Source: Vicinamibacterales bacterium
GTDB taxonomy: Bacteria > Acidobacteriota > Vicinamibacteria > Vicinamibacterales > SCN-69-37
NCBI GenBank assembly: GCA_040902895.1
Contig: JBBDWL010000081.1
Coordinates: forward strand, 37,660 to 101,659
Length of the DNA: 64,000 bases
Direction: 5' to 3'
Below the pieces are notes generated by a model. The model was not told where the DNA came from, made no database searches, and worked only from the letters and a program-made list of their open reading frames with translations. Of this stretch, positions 1 through 8,461 are shown piece after piece. The position numbers were made by a program, and so were the translations under genes. Within the stretch, counting starts at the first letter, position 1. Each line of letters starts with the position of its first letter.

Positions 1-237
1 CCGTCGCGTCTGGTCGTGGCGGTCGACGATTCGGATCAGCCATTCAGCGGAACGTGGACAATCGAGCTGGCCCAGGAGGCCGGGGGCACACGCGTGCGCA
101 TTACGGAGCGCGGCGAAGTGCCGAATCCAGTCTTCCGCGCCATCGCACGGGCGATGATGCTGCCGGCGGATTCGATCGAGGCGTATCTGCGCAACCTGGG
201 CCGCCGCTTCAATCAGGACGTAATGATCGAGCCGTAA
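1..237 (+). CDS. SRPBCC-superfamily-like protein, C-terminal fragment (5' end outside window)
   Basis: Frame 1 is open from base 1 to TAA at 235-237. The tail TWTIELAQEAGGTRVRITERGEVPNPVFRAIARAMM resembles the last strands and helix of polyketide-cyclase/AHSA1-type SRPBCC proteins. Family call is weak. Confidence 0.45.
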   Translation, partial: PSRLVVAVDDSDQPFSGTWTIELAQEAGGTRVRITERGEVPNPVFRAIARAMMLPADSIEAYLRNLGRRFNQDVMIEP

Positions 238-243
238 GGTGCT

Positions 244-1875
244 TCAGCGCGCGCGCACGATCGGATACGTCTTCACATCTGCGCCGAGCACCTCGTCGAG
301 CACGTTCCACGTCACCCAGCCGTCGTCCGACCGCGGTTCCAGCAGGTAGAAGACGATGCGGCCCAGCGGCTGTTTCGTGTCGATCATGATCGCGCCCGTT
401 TCGACCTGGATCTCGCGCGGCTCGCGCCACACGCCGTCGACCGTCCGCATGCGATGCCCCTGGAACTCGCGCTCGGCCTGCGCGTTGGATCGAATGTCGA
501 AGTGCTCGGCGGTGGCCAGGAAGCGGCCCTGATTGCGCGTGAAGCGAATGCCGTGCGCCGTCAGCTTGTCGGCAAGCGTGCCCATCAGCCGCGCGTTGCG
601 CTGCGGATTGTCGGCGACGAGCGCCGCCGGAATGATGTACATCGCCGGCACCTCCTGATCCATCGACGACTCGAAGGTGCTGTAGTCCGCCATCTTCTCC
701 GGCTTGACGACGTCCTTGCGCAGCAGCATCACCTGGCCGGTGTAGGGATGCCGCACCTCCTCGACCTCGCCCATCAGAATGTTCAGCTCGCCGCCCTTGT
801 GGTGGCGCGACCGCACCGACATCGTCTTTCCGCGGATCTCGGTGGCGTCGGCTGCGGCAACGGCCTGCATGAGGCGCGCGGCGTTGGCTGACGCGAAGCC
901 GAGCGCCTCTTCGAGGAAGTAGTCGGTCGCCTTGATGCGGTCCTCGAACGTCAGATACGAGTACGCCTCGCTGAGCAGCGCGAAGCGGTTGCGCAGGCCG
1001 ATGTAGTTGTTGTTGAAGCGCGGCACGTGTTCGAACGTGCGCCACTGGCGCAGCCCGCCGTCGGCCTGCGACGGCCCCGACACATTGCCGTAATAGAAGT
1101 ACTCCCAGCCATGTTTCGCCTTCACCTGCTTCGAGATGTGCGGGAACCACTCGTTGCGCAGCAGGCCGATGATCCGCTCGTCGGTGTTCGGATTCAGCGG
1201 CGGCGAATACGTCAGGTGATACGCGTGACGGCTGCCGTTGGTGGTGTGCAGATCGATGCCTACGTGCGGATCGTATCGATTGAAGAGCGACGCCACCGAG
1301 CGCGCTTCGGGCGATTCCAGCTTCATGTGATCGCGGTTCAGATCGAAGTTCTGCGCATTCGGACGCTGTCCCATGCCGCCGATCGGCCCGTGCTGCGAGC
1401 CTCGGTTGGTCAGCAGCACGCGCTCGTTGCCGTCCGCGTTGTAAATCGGCGCAACCAGCAGCACCATCGTCTTCATCCAGCCCGGATGCTCGCCGCGCGC
1501 GATCGCGCGCAGCAGCTTCTGCGCCGATTCCTTGCCTTCGACTTCGCCGGCGTGGATGTTGCCCTGCACATAGACGCGCAGCTTGCCCGAGGCCTTCACC
1601 GCTTCGGGCGTCGCATTCGGCACGTCGCCGACCACGGCAAGCGGAAGGGCGCGGCCCTCCAATGTGTAGCCAAACGTCGTCAGGTGGATCCGCGGCGACG
1701 CGGCGTCGACCGCCTTCAGAAACGCCATCACATCGTCGTAGCGGCTGGTCTCGGCGTATCCCGTTCGCTCGGGCACGGTCGTGAGCTGCTGCAGCGTCTG
1801 CGCCCTGAACGTAGTCGAAGGGTCGCCGGCGCCGACAACGAGCGTGGTCATGAGGACGGCGAATATCAGTTTCAT
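244..1875 (-). CDS. M14-family zinc carboxypeptidase, secreted
   Basis: 543-aa ORF with hydrophobic N-terminus MKLIFAVLMTTLVVGAG. HxxE zinc motif in GNIHAGEVEGKE, plus NADGNER and DLHTTNGSRH blocks typical of M14. Confidence 0.8.
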   Translation of the reverse strand: MKLIFAVLMTTLVVGAGDPSTTFRAQTLQQLTTVPERTGYAETSRYDDVMAFLKAVDAASPRIHLTTFGYTLEGRALPLAVVGDVPNATPEAVKASGKLRVYVQGNIHAGEVEGKESAQKLLRAIARGEHPGWMKTMVLLVAPIYNADGNERVLLTNRGSQHGPIGGMGQRPNAQNFDLNRDHMKLESPEARSVASLFNRYDPHVGIDLHTTNGSRHAYHLTYSPPLNPNTDERIIGLLRNEWFPHISKQVKAKHGWEYFYYGNVSGPSQADGGLRQWRTFEHVPRFNNNYIGLRNRFALLSEAYSYLTFEDRIKATDYFLEEALGFASANAARLMQAVAAADATEIRGKTMSVRSRHHKGGELNILMGEVEEVRHPYTGQVMLLRKDVVKPEKMADYSTFESSMDQEVPAMYIIPAALVADNPQRNARLMGTLADKLTAHGIRFTRNQGRFLATAEHFDIRSNAQAEREFQGHRMRTVDGVWREPREIQVETGAIMIDTKQPLGRIVFYLLEPRSDDGWVTWNVLDEVLGADVKTYPIVRAR

Positions 1876-1879
1876 CGTG

Positions 1880-1911
1880 GCCGCATCATATAATCCGCCG
1901 CATGATGCGGC
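1880..1911. promoter_or_regulatory. Divergent promoter core: 10-bp inverted repeat bracketing TATAAT, 7 nt before ATG 1902
   Basis: gccgcatcat (1880-89) and atgatgcggc (1902-11) are exact reverse complements. TATAAT lies at 1889-94, then ccgccgc, then the ATG. Confidence 0.5.
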
Positions 1912-3410
1912 AAAGAACGGTTGCTGGCCTGCACGCCGAAGCCTTGGCGAAGGCGTGTTGCTGGCTTGCCCGCCGTAGCCTTGGCGTAGGCGGGTTGCTG
2001 GTTCTCGGTCTGTCGGCCGGCGCCGCTCTGATGCTTGCAGCGGCCCCTCTACGAGCGCAAAAACCGCTCTTCACGACGACTGTCCCCGCGTCCGAGTTTG
2101 CGGCGCGCCGCGCGGCGCTGATGCGCTCGATTGGCGACGGCGTGGCCATCGTGCGGGGCGCCACCGAACGGCCCGTCTACAAGCCATTCCGCCAGGGCGC
2201 ACAGTTCTTCTATCTCACGGGCGTCGAAGTGCCGCGCGCCATGTTGCTCGTCGACGGCCGCGCGAAGAGCTCGACGTTGTTTCTGCCGGCGCGCGACGAG
2301 CGCATGGAACGATCGGAAGGTCCGCTGCTCGGGCCTGGCCCCGACGCCGAGCGGCTGAGCGGCATCGAACGCGTTGTCGCGCGCGGCGACTTCGATGCGG
2401 CGCTTGCCGCTATCGCCGCTGAAGGCCGGCAGATCTTCACGACCTTCAGACCCGAGGCGCTGGAAGCGTCGACGCCGGGGCAGGTCCGCACGCACGCGCG
2501 CAAGACCGCCGACGACAAGTGGGATGGCCGCAAGTCGCGCGAAGACGTGTTCCGCGAGAAGCTTGCCGCACTCTCTCCGAAATCGGAGATCGCCGATCTG
2601 GATCGAATTCTCGATCGCATGCGCCTCGTCAAGAGCGCGCGCGAAATCGCGCTCGTCCGCGAATCCTCGCGCCTCGCGGGCGAAGCCATGCTCGAGGCGA
2701 TGCGCGTGGCGCGGCCCGGCATGAAGGAGCACGAGATCGAAGCGGTCGGCGACTATGTCTTCAAGGCGCACGGCTCGCAGGGCATCGGGTATTTCGCGCT
2801 CGTCGCGACCGGCACGAACGCGGCCTGGCCGCACTATCACGCCGGACGGGCCACGCTTGCCGACGGCGACCTCGTGCTGTTCGACTATGCGCCCGACGTC
2901 AACTACTACACCTCCGACGTGACGCGCATGTTTCCGGCCAACGGCCGCTTCACGCCGCGCCAGCGCGAGATGTACGGCATCTACGCGAAGCTGTACGAGG
3001 CGCTGCTGACGTCAATCCGGCCGCACGTCGCGCCGCGCGTGGTCATCGCGGCCGCGCACCGGAAGATGACCGGCATCATGAAGACGTTCGCCTTCTCCGA
3101 TCCGAAGGTCCGCGCCGCCGCCGACCGGTTCGTGGCCGGATACGCGAATGCGAACCGCAACAGCCTTGGGCACTGGATCGGCATGGAGGTGCACGACGTG
3201 ACGGCGCCCTACGAGACGCTCGAGCCCGGCATGATGTTCACGATCGAGCCGGCCCTCACGATACCCGACGAGCGCATCTACATCCGCCTCGAAGACGCCA
3301 TCGTCATCACCGCCGACGGCTACGAGAACATGTCGGGCTTCGTGCCGTTCGACATCGAAGGCGTCGAGCGCGTGATGCGCGAGGAGCCGAAGTACGTTCG
3401 AGCGAGATAG
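1902..3410 (+). CDS. Xaa-Pro aminopeptidase (M24B family)
   Basis: Pita-bread metal-ligand blocks DLVLFDYAPDVNYYTSDVTRMFP, GHWIGMEVHD, MFTIEPAL and IRLEDAIVIT. Signal-like segment GLLVLGLSAGAALMLAAAPLRAQ. Start is ambiguous: ATG 1902 sits 7 nt after a TATAAT, and TTG 1995 is the alternative. Confidence 0.8.
   Translation: MMRQRTVAGLHAEALAKACCWLARRSLGVGGLLVLGLSAGAALMLAAAPLRAQKPLFTTTVPASEFAARRAALMRSIGDGVAIVRGATERPVYKPFRQGAQFFYLTGVEVPRAMLLVDGRAKSSTLFLPARDERMERSEGPLLGPGPDAERLSGIERVVARGDFDAALAAIAAEGRQIFTTFRPEALEASTPGQVRTHARKTADDKWDGRKSREDVFREKLAALSPKSEIADLDRILDRMRLVKSAREIALVRESSRLAGEAMLEAMRVARPGMKEHEIEAVGDYVFKAHGSQGIGYFALVATGTNAAWPHYHAGRATLADGDLVLFDYAPDVNYYTSDVTRMFPANGRFTPRQREMYGIYAKLYEALLTSIRPHVAPRVVIAAAHRKMTGIMKTFAFSDPKVRAAADRFVAGYANANRNSLGHWIGMEVHDVTAPYETLEPGMMFTIEPALTIPDERIYIRLEDAIVITADGYENMSGFVPFDIEGVERVMREEPKYVRAR
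1920..2008. repeat. 37-bp tandem repeat, about 2.4 copies
   Basis: gttgctggc recurs at 1920, 1957 and 1994. Units are gttgctggcctgcacgccgaagccttggcgaaggcgt and gttgctggcttgcccgccgtagccttggcgtaggcgg. Confidence 0.85.
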
Positions 3411-3414
3411 CAGG

Positions 3415-5349
3415 ATGAAACACGCGGCTGTCTCGGTCCTGCTGCTTCTGGGTTGCGGCGGCTGTGGCCGTGAGGAGAAGCCCGCCACCACCGCCGCGCG
3501 TCCATCGATCCTGCTCGTCACGCTCGACACGACCCGCGCCGATTCCATCGGCCCCGAGGCGATCGGTGTCTCGACGCCCGCGTTCGACAGCGTGGCCGGC
3601 CGGGGCCGGCGCTTCACGCAGGCGTACGCGACTGCTCCAGAAACCCTTCCGTCGCACGCCTCGATGATGACCGGCCTGTATCCGGCAGGTCATGGTGTGC
3701 ACGAGAATGCGCGCGCGCTGCCGGACGGGAATGCGGTGCTGGCGGAACGGCTCAAGCATGCCGGCTACGCCACGGCCGCGTTCGTCTCGTCATTCGTGCT
3801 TGCCCGCCAGTTCGGGCTCGCGCAGGGGTTCGACGTGTACGACGATCTGCGTCCTGCAAACACCGTCGAGCGCCGTGCCCGCGACACCACCGATCGCGCG
3901 CTGAGTTTCCTCAGTCAGGCGCCGGCAACGGCGCCGCTGCTGCTGTGGGTCCACTACTTCGATCCGCATACGCCCTACGCACCGCCGGAGCCCTTCAAGT
4001 CGCGCCTGAGCGCGCCGCATCCTCGCGAGGCCTACCTCGGCGAGATCGGGGCCATGGACCAGCAGCTCGGACGTCTTATCCAGGCCTTCGAGCAGCATGC
4101 GTCACGCGCAGGACTGCCTCCGGCCATCGTCATCGCCGCCGATCATGGCGAAGGACTCGGCGATCACGGTGAATCGCAGCACGGCAATCTTTTGTATCAG
4201 TCGACGATGCATGTGCCGATGGTGATGGCGGGTCCGGGCGTAACCGCGGGCATTGTCGATGCGCCGGTGAGCACGCGGCGCATTTTTCACACCGTGCTCG
4301 ACTGGGCGGGACTTGGATCGGCCAACAGTCTGCGCGGCCCCAACGGAGGAGCCGGCGAAGTCGTGCTCGGCGAGGCGATGAAGCCCTATCTTGAATACGG
4401 CTGGCAGCCGCAGATCATGGCCGTGGAAGCTCGGCACAAAGCGATCTTCGCCGGTCGCACCGAGCTGTTTGATGTGATTGCGGATCCTGGCGAGACGCGC
4501 GATCTGGGTACTGGCGGCAATCTGCCGGCGGCGATTCGCAAGGCGCTCGACGACTACCCGGTGCCCGCGCCTGGAACCGATCGCGCCCCGCAGAATCTCA
4601 GCGCCGAGGCGCAGCGCAACCTCGCAAGTCTCGGGTACGTGAGCGCCACGGCGACGCCGGTGGTGCGCAAGGACGCGCCGCGGCCTGTCGACATGGCGCC
4701 GCTGTTCGACGAGATCGAGCAGGCCTCAACGTTCTTCGTGCGCGAGCAGTACGCGGAGGCGATTCCGGTGCTGCAGCGCATTCTCGCGAAGGATCCGTTC
4801 AATCTCGATGCGGCGCTCAGGCTCGCGACGGCGTATTCATCGCTCGGCCGCAATGCGCAGGCCGTGGAGATGTTCCGCAAAGCCGTCGCGATCTCGCCAC
4901 GCTCGCCGGATGTGCGGTTGTATCTCGCGTTGCATTACGCGCGAACGCCCGAGTGGGAGCGCGCACTGCCGATGCTCGAGCGGCTGGTGGTGGAAATGCC
5001 GGATCGCGTGCCGGCGTGGGAAACGCTCGGACAGCTCGCGATGCGTGCGGAGAGGACAGAGCTGGCGATTCGGGCATTCGAGCGTACGCGCGCCCTGGTG
5101 GGCGATGCGTTCCGCCGCGACCTGGAGCTGGGCGTGCTCTATCTTGCGGCGCGCCAGCTGTCCGAATCGCGTCAGGCGCTCGATCGCGTGCTCGCGTCAC
5201 GGCCCAATCATCCAATGGCGCTCTTCAAGCGCGCGCAGGTCAGCGTGTTGTTGAATGAGCCGGACAAGGCCGCGCGGATCGCCCTCGCCCGCAACCACGC
5301 CGACGCCACGACGCGTCCGCTGATTGCCGGCGAGCGGTTCTTTAAGTGA
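3415..5349 (+). CDS. Sulfatase-like (alkaline-phosphatase superfamily) hydrolase/transferase fused to C-terminal TPR repeats
   Basis: N-terminal LLVTLDTTRADSIG and ETLPSHASMMTGLYP blocks, later AADHGEGLGDHGE. The C-terminal ~200 aa are TPR-like (AIPVLQRILAKDPFNLDAALRLATAY...). Lipoprotein-like start LLLLGCGGC. Confidence 0.75.
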   Translation: MKHAAVSVLLLLGCGGCGREEKPATTAARPSILLVTLDTTRADSIGPEAIGVSTPAFDSVAGRGRRFTQAYATAPETLPSHASMMTGLYPAGHGVHENARALPDGNAVLAERLKHAGYATAAFVSSFVLARQFGLAQGFDVYDDLRPANTVERRARDTTDRALSFLSQAPATAPLLLWVHYFDPHTPYAPPEPFKSRLSAPHPREAYLGEIGAMDQQLGRLIQAFEQHASRAGLPPAIVIAADHGEGLGDHGESQHGNLLYQSTMHVPMVMAGPGVTAGIVDAPVSTRRIFHTVLDWAGLGSANSLRGPNGGAGEVVLGEAMKPYLEYGWQPQIMAVEARHKAIFAGRTELFDVIADPGETRDLGTGGNLPAAIRKALDDYPVPAPGTDRAPQNLSAEAQRNLASLGYVSATATPVVRKDAPRPVDMAPLFDEIEQASTFFVREQYAEAIPVLQRILAKDPFNLDAALRLATAYSSLGRNAQAVEMFRKAVAISPRSPDVRLYLALHYARTPEWERALPMLERLVVEMPDRVPAWETLGQLAMRAERTELAIRAFERTRALVGDAFRRDLELGVLYLAARQLSESRQALDRVLASRPNHPMALFKRAQVSVLLNEPDKAARIALARNHADATTRPLIAGERFFK

Positions 5350-5352
5350 AAA

Positions 5353-5384
5353 AGCCGGGTTTGGCCGTTGTGCCAAACCCGGCT
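5353..5384 (-). terminator. Rho-independent terminator for the TonB-dependent receptor gene (also closes the convergent sulfatase gene)
   Basis: 13-bp perfect stem agccgggtttggc / gccaaacccggct with a 6-nt loop, followed on the minus strand by TTTTT (plus-strand aaaaa at 5349-53). Confidence 0.75.
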
Positions 5385-5388
5385 CGTG

Positions 5389-5438
5389 CCTAAGGCCTAG
5401 GGCCTAAGGCCTAGGGCCCGTTATGGCCTACGGCCTGC
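5389..5438. repeat. Heptamer tandem repeat ctaaggc/ctagggc with degenerate extension
   Basis: cctaaggcctagggcctaaggcctagggcc, then cgttatggcctacggcctgc. Contains several AGGCCT palindromes. Lies between convergent stops. Confidence 0.85.
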
Positions 5439-8371
5439 TAAAACGTAATCCTCGCCGCCACCTGGAACAGCCGCGGATCGTAATACCGCCGCGGGTCACC
5501 GAACCCTGCCGAGTGCGCCCTCGGCTCGATGTCGTAGCCCGTCTGGTTATCGAACACGTTGTACAGGTCGCCGGTGACCTGCAGGCGATAGCGGCCCCCG
5601 AACGTGAAGTTCTGCGTGTACTTCAGGTCCAGCTGATAGTGGGCGTCGGTTCGGCGCGAGCCGGCCGGCTCGGCGTACCGGATGGTTTCGCTCGTGTTCG
5701 ACGTCAGAAGACGGTACGGTTCGAAATTCCACTCCTCCCACGGATGTCCGGACTGCGCGATGAAATAGGCGCCGAAGCTGCCGTTCCAGGGCGTGTCCTG
5801 AAACCCATAGACTTTCAACACGTGCGGACGGTCTCCGCGGAGGCGGCCCTCTTTGAAGTCCCACAGCTGCCGGCCCACGCCGTCAGCAATGTTCGAAGAG
5901 CCGATGAAGATCGCCTGGTCATTCGCGACCGTGGAGCTGTCCTGGTCGATGTTGCCGTAGTACTTGCTCCACGTGTACGAGCCGCGAACGAACGCGCCGC
6001 TCCTGCGCCATTCCGACTCGAGCGTCACTTCCGTGTATTCCGTGAACGCACCATCGAGCTCGGCGATCACGTAGGTCGAGCCGCTGCCAATCTGGTTCCG
6101 CCTGGCGGTGAGATCCGGAATGTAATCACCCTTCGCGATGAGATCGGCGGGCGCGCCGAACCCGGCGCTGCGCGCGTTGTTGTTGGTGTCTTCCCAGAAG
6201 TTCATGCTCTCCCGGTACCGGCCATACAGACGGAACGAGAGCTGGTCGTTGAACTGACGCGCCGTCCCCAGCAGGAACTCGTCCGTCGAGCGCGGATCGA
6301 GATCGTCGACGAACAACTTGCCCGACGACGAGCTCACCGGAACGGCGGCGAACAGCCGCCCATCGGCATCGAAATGCGCGTCGACAAAGAGGCCGGTGAG
6401 GTTCCGATCCCACGACGCGGCACGCGGCAGCGAGCTCGCCGCCGGCTTGTATCGGGCATAGCTTGCGTAGATGGTGTCCCTGCCGTTATAGGCCCAGGTC
6501 GTGCTCAGGCGCGGCTGGAGCATCTTGCTGAACGGCAATTCGTACATGTTGTACTTGTTCAGCGGATCGGAGACGTAGCCCGACAGCGCCGATGAGTCTT
6601 CGCGAAGGCCTTGTCCGTACAGAATGTCGTGGCTGGTGATCAGCCCGAGATTGACCGTCCAGTTGCCTCTCCGAATCGTGTCGTTGATCTCGATGTTGTT
6701 CGAGAGATATTCGGAGTTAATCACCGGCAGCACGCCGTCGGTCAGCCGCTGGAACTGCGCGGTGTAGAAGGCGCGCTGTCCGCCGGTATTCGGAATCGCC
6801 GCGAAGCGCCCGCCAGGGACGGTGATGATTCCCCAGCCGTTCGATCGCCGCCGCAACTCCTCACGATCGGTATAGCGCTGATAGCCCACATGGAGATCGT
6901 GGCTGATGTCGCCGGTCCCGAACGTGAGGTTGTAGCCCACCTGGACTTTGTTCTGGAAGAAGTCCTGATCATTGAACTGGGGAGCAAAGCCGACGAGGCC
7001 GCCGCCCGTACGCAGGCCGGTGTCGGGATGGATGTAGCCGAACCGGTCGATCAGCGGCTGGACGAACGCGTTGTAGCCAGCCTGCCCCGTGACGGGCTGC
7101 GGAACCGTCAGCCGGCCCTGCTGGTCGAGCGCCGCAATGTCGAGCCTCGTTCCTATCGCTTCCGACGGGGAAACGCCCCCAATGTTGGCCGGAGTGCTGG
7201 CGGTCTCCAGACCGAAATGCGAGTACTGGAACGTGGCGTGGCTCCGCGGGTTGATGATCCAGGATCCCTCGAAGATCCCGATGCGCTGGCGGCTCTCGTC
7301 GACCGTCGCGACGGTCGGCATCGTGAAGGCGCCGAACGTGTCGCCTTCGATCTCGCGCAGTGAGTCGCGGAAGCTGCCGTTCAGGAGGACCGACGCGATT
7401 GGCGCGTACGTCAGTTTGCCGAAGCCCTCGTGGCGCGTACTCGTGAAGTCCGGAAGCTCGCCGTATCTATTGGCAGCGTTTTCTCGATTGCGCTGCGGCC
7501 GGTAATAGGAACCGTAGAAGAAGAGCTTGCCTGGCATGATCGGTCCGCCGGCATTCAGTGTCAGCCAATTCCGCTGCTCCTCATGACGCGACGCTGATTG
7601 GGTGACGAGCTCGGCGACCATCTCTTCTGTCTGGAACTGGAAGCTGGCCATGCCCGTGAACCGGTCCGTGCCTGACTTGCTGACGGTGTCAACGAGGATG
7701 CCGCCGGCGCGATCGAAGTCAATGGCGCGCGCGCCGCCACGGACGGCAGTCACCTGCGCGATGTCGTGCGACGCCGGCTCGGACGCGAGCGTGCCGAACA
7801 GCGGCAGCGTGACGCTGGCGCCGTCGAACAGATAGACGTTGTCCTGGCCGCTGCCGCCCGCGCTCGGGCCGCGGGTTTGATCCTGCGTGAACTGAATGCC
7901 CGGAATCAGCTTGATCAGATCGCGATATTCCTGAGCGACCGGCACCCCTTGGATCTGACTGCTGATGATGCCGCTCTTGAGCTCAGCGGAGCGGTGATCG
8001 ATGAACGACGCCTCCGCGGTGACCGTCACCTGCTCGGCCAGCGGCTGAATACTCATCAGCGCGTTGACCGCGGTGTCCTGCGCAAGCTGTACCAGGGCCG
8101 GCCGCGTCACCGGCTGCATGCCCTGCAGCGTGAACGTCACCGTGTAGCTGCCCGGCAGCAGCGCCGGCAGGCGATAGGCGCCGTTCTCGTCGGTCACGCC
8201 GACGCGGGCCACCGGCAGGACGTCCGACTTGGCTTCGACCGTCACGCCGGGTACCGGCGAGCCGTCGGGCATCGTGACTCTGCCGCTGATCGAACCTGTC
8301 TGCTGCGCGAACGCGACAGGCGCGAATAGGAACATCGAAAGTACAAACGCGATGAGGCCGCGCATTTTCAT
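5438..8371 (-). CDS. TonB-dependent receptor-like outer-membrane protein with N-terminal carboxypeptidase-regulatory-like domain
   Basis: 977 aa with signal peptide ending AFAQQ. GSISGRVTMPDGSPVPGVTVEA...YRLPALLPGSYTVTF is a CarboxypepD_reg fold. The body is long and beta-rich, ending in the aromatic terminus ...AARITF. GGAGGA sits 8 nt upstream of the ATG. Confidence 0.8.
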   Translation of the reverse strand: MKMRGLIAFVLSMFLFAPVAFAQQTGSISGRVTMPDGSPVPGVTVEAKSDVLPVARVGVTDENGAYRLPALLPGSYTVTFTLQGMQPVTRPALVQLAQDTAVNALMSIQPLAEQVTVTAEASFIDHRSAELKSGIISSQIQGVPVAQEYRDLIKLIPGIQFTQDQTRGPSAGGSGQDNVYLFDGASVTLPLFGTLASEPASHDIAQVTAVRGGARAIDFDRAGGILVDTVSKSGTDRFTGMASFQFQTEEMVAELVTQSASRHEEQRNWLTLNAGGPIMPGKLFFYGSYYRPQRNRENAANRYGELPDFTSTRHEGFGKLTYAPIASVLLNGSFRDSLREIEGDTFGAFTMPTVATVDESRQRIGIFEGSWIINPRSHATFQYSHFGLETASTPANIGGVSPSEAIGTRLDIAALDQQGRLTVPQPVTGQAGYNAFVQPLIDRFGYIHPDTGLRTGGGLVGFAPQFNDQDFFQNKVQVGYNLTFGTGDISHDLHVGYQRYTDREELRRRSNGWGIITVPGGRFAAIPNTGGQRAFYTAQFQRLTDGVLPVINSEYLSNNIEINDTIRRGNWTVNLGLITSHDILYGQGLREDSSALSGYVSDPLNKYNMYELPFSKMLQPRLSTTWAYNGRDTIYASYARYKPAASSLPRAASWDRNLTGLFVDAHFDADGRLFAAVPVSSSSGKLFVDDLDPRSTDEFLLGTARQFNDQLSFRLYGRYRESMNFWEDTNNNARSAGFGAPADLIAKGDYIPDLTARRNQIGSGSTYVIAELDGAFTEYTEVTLESEWRRSGAFVRGSYTWSKYYGNIDQDSSTVANDQAIFIGSSNIADGVGRQLWDFKEGRLRGDRPHVLKVYGFQDTPWNGSFGAYFIAQSGHPWEEWNFEPYRLLTSNTSETIRYAEPAGSRRTDAHYQLDLKYTQNFTFGGRYRLQVTGDLYNVFDNQTGYDIEPRAHSAGFGDPRRYYDPRLFQVAARITF

Positions 8372-8461
8372 ATGGGGATCCTCCAGAAGAATGCCGGATG
8401 CTACCAGCCAAATGCTTGTGGTGCAAGGCTTTGCACGGGGGCTGTATACCGGGGGCGCCGG

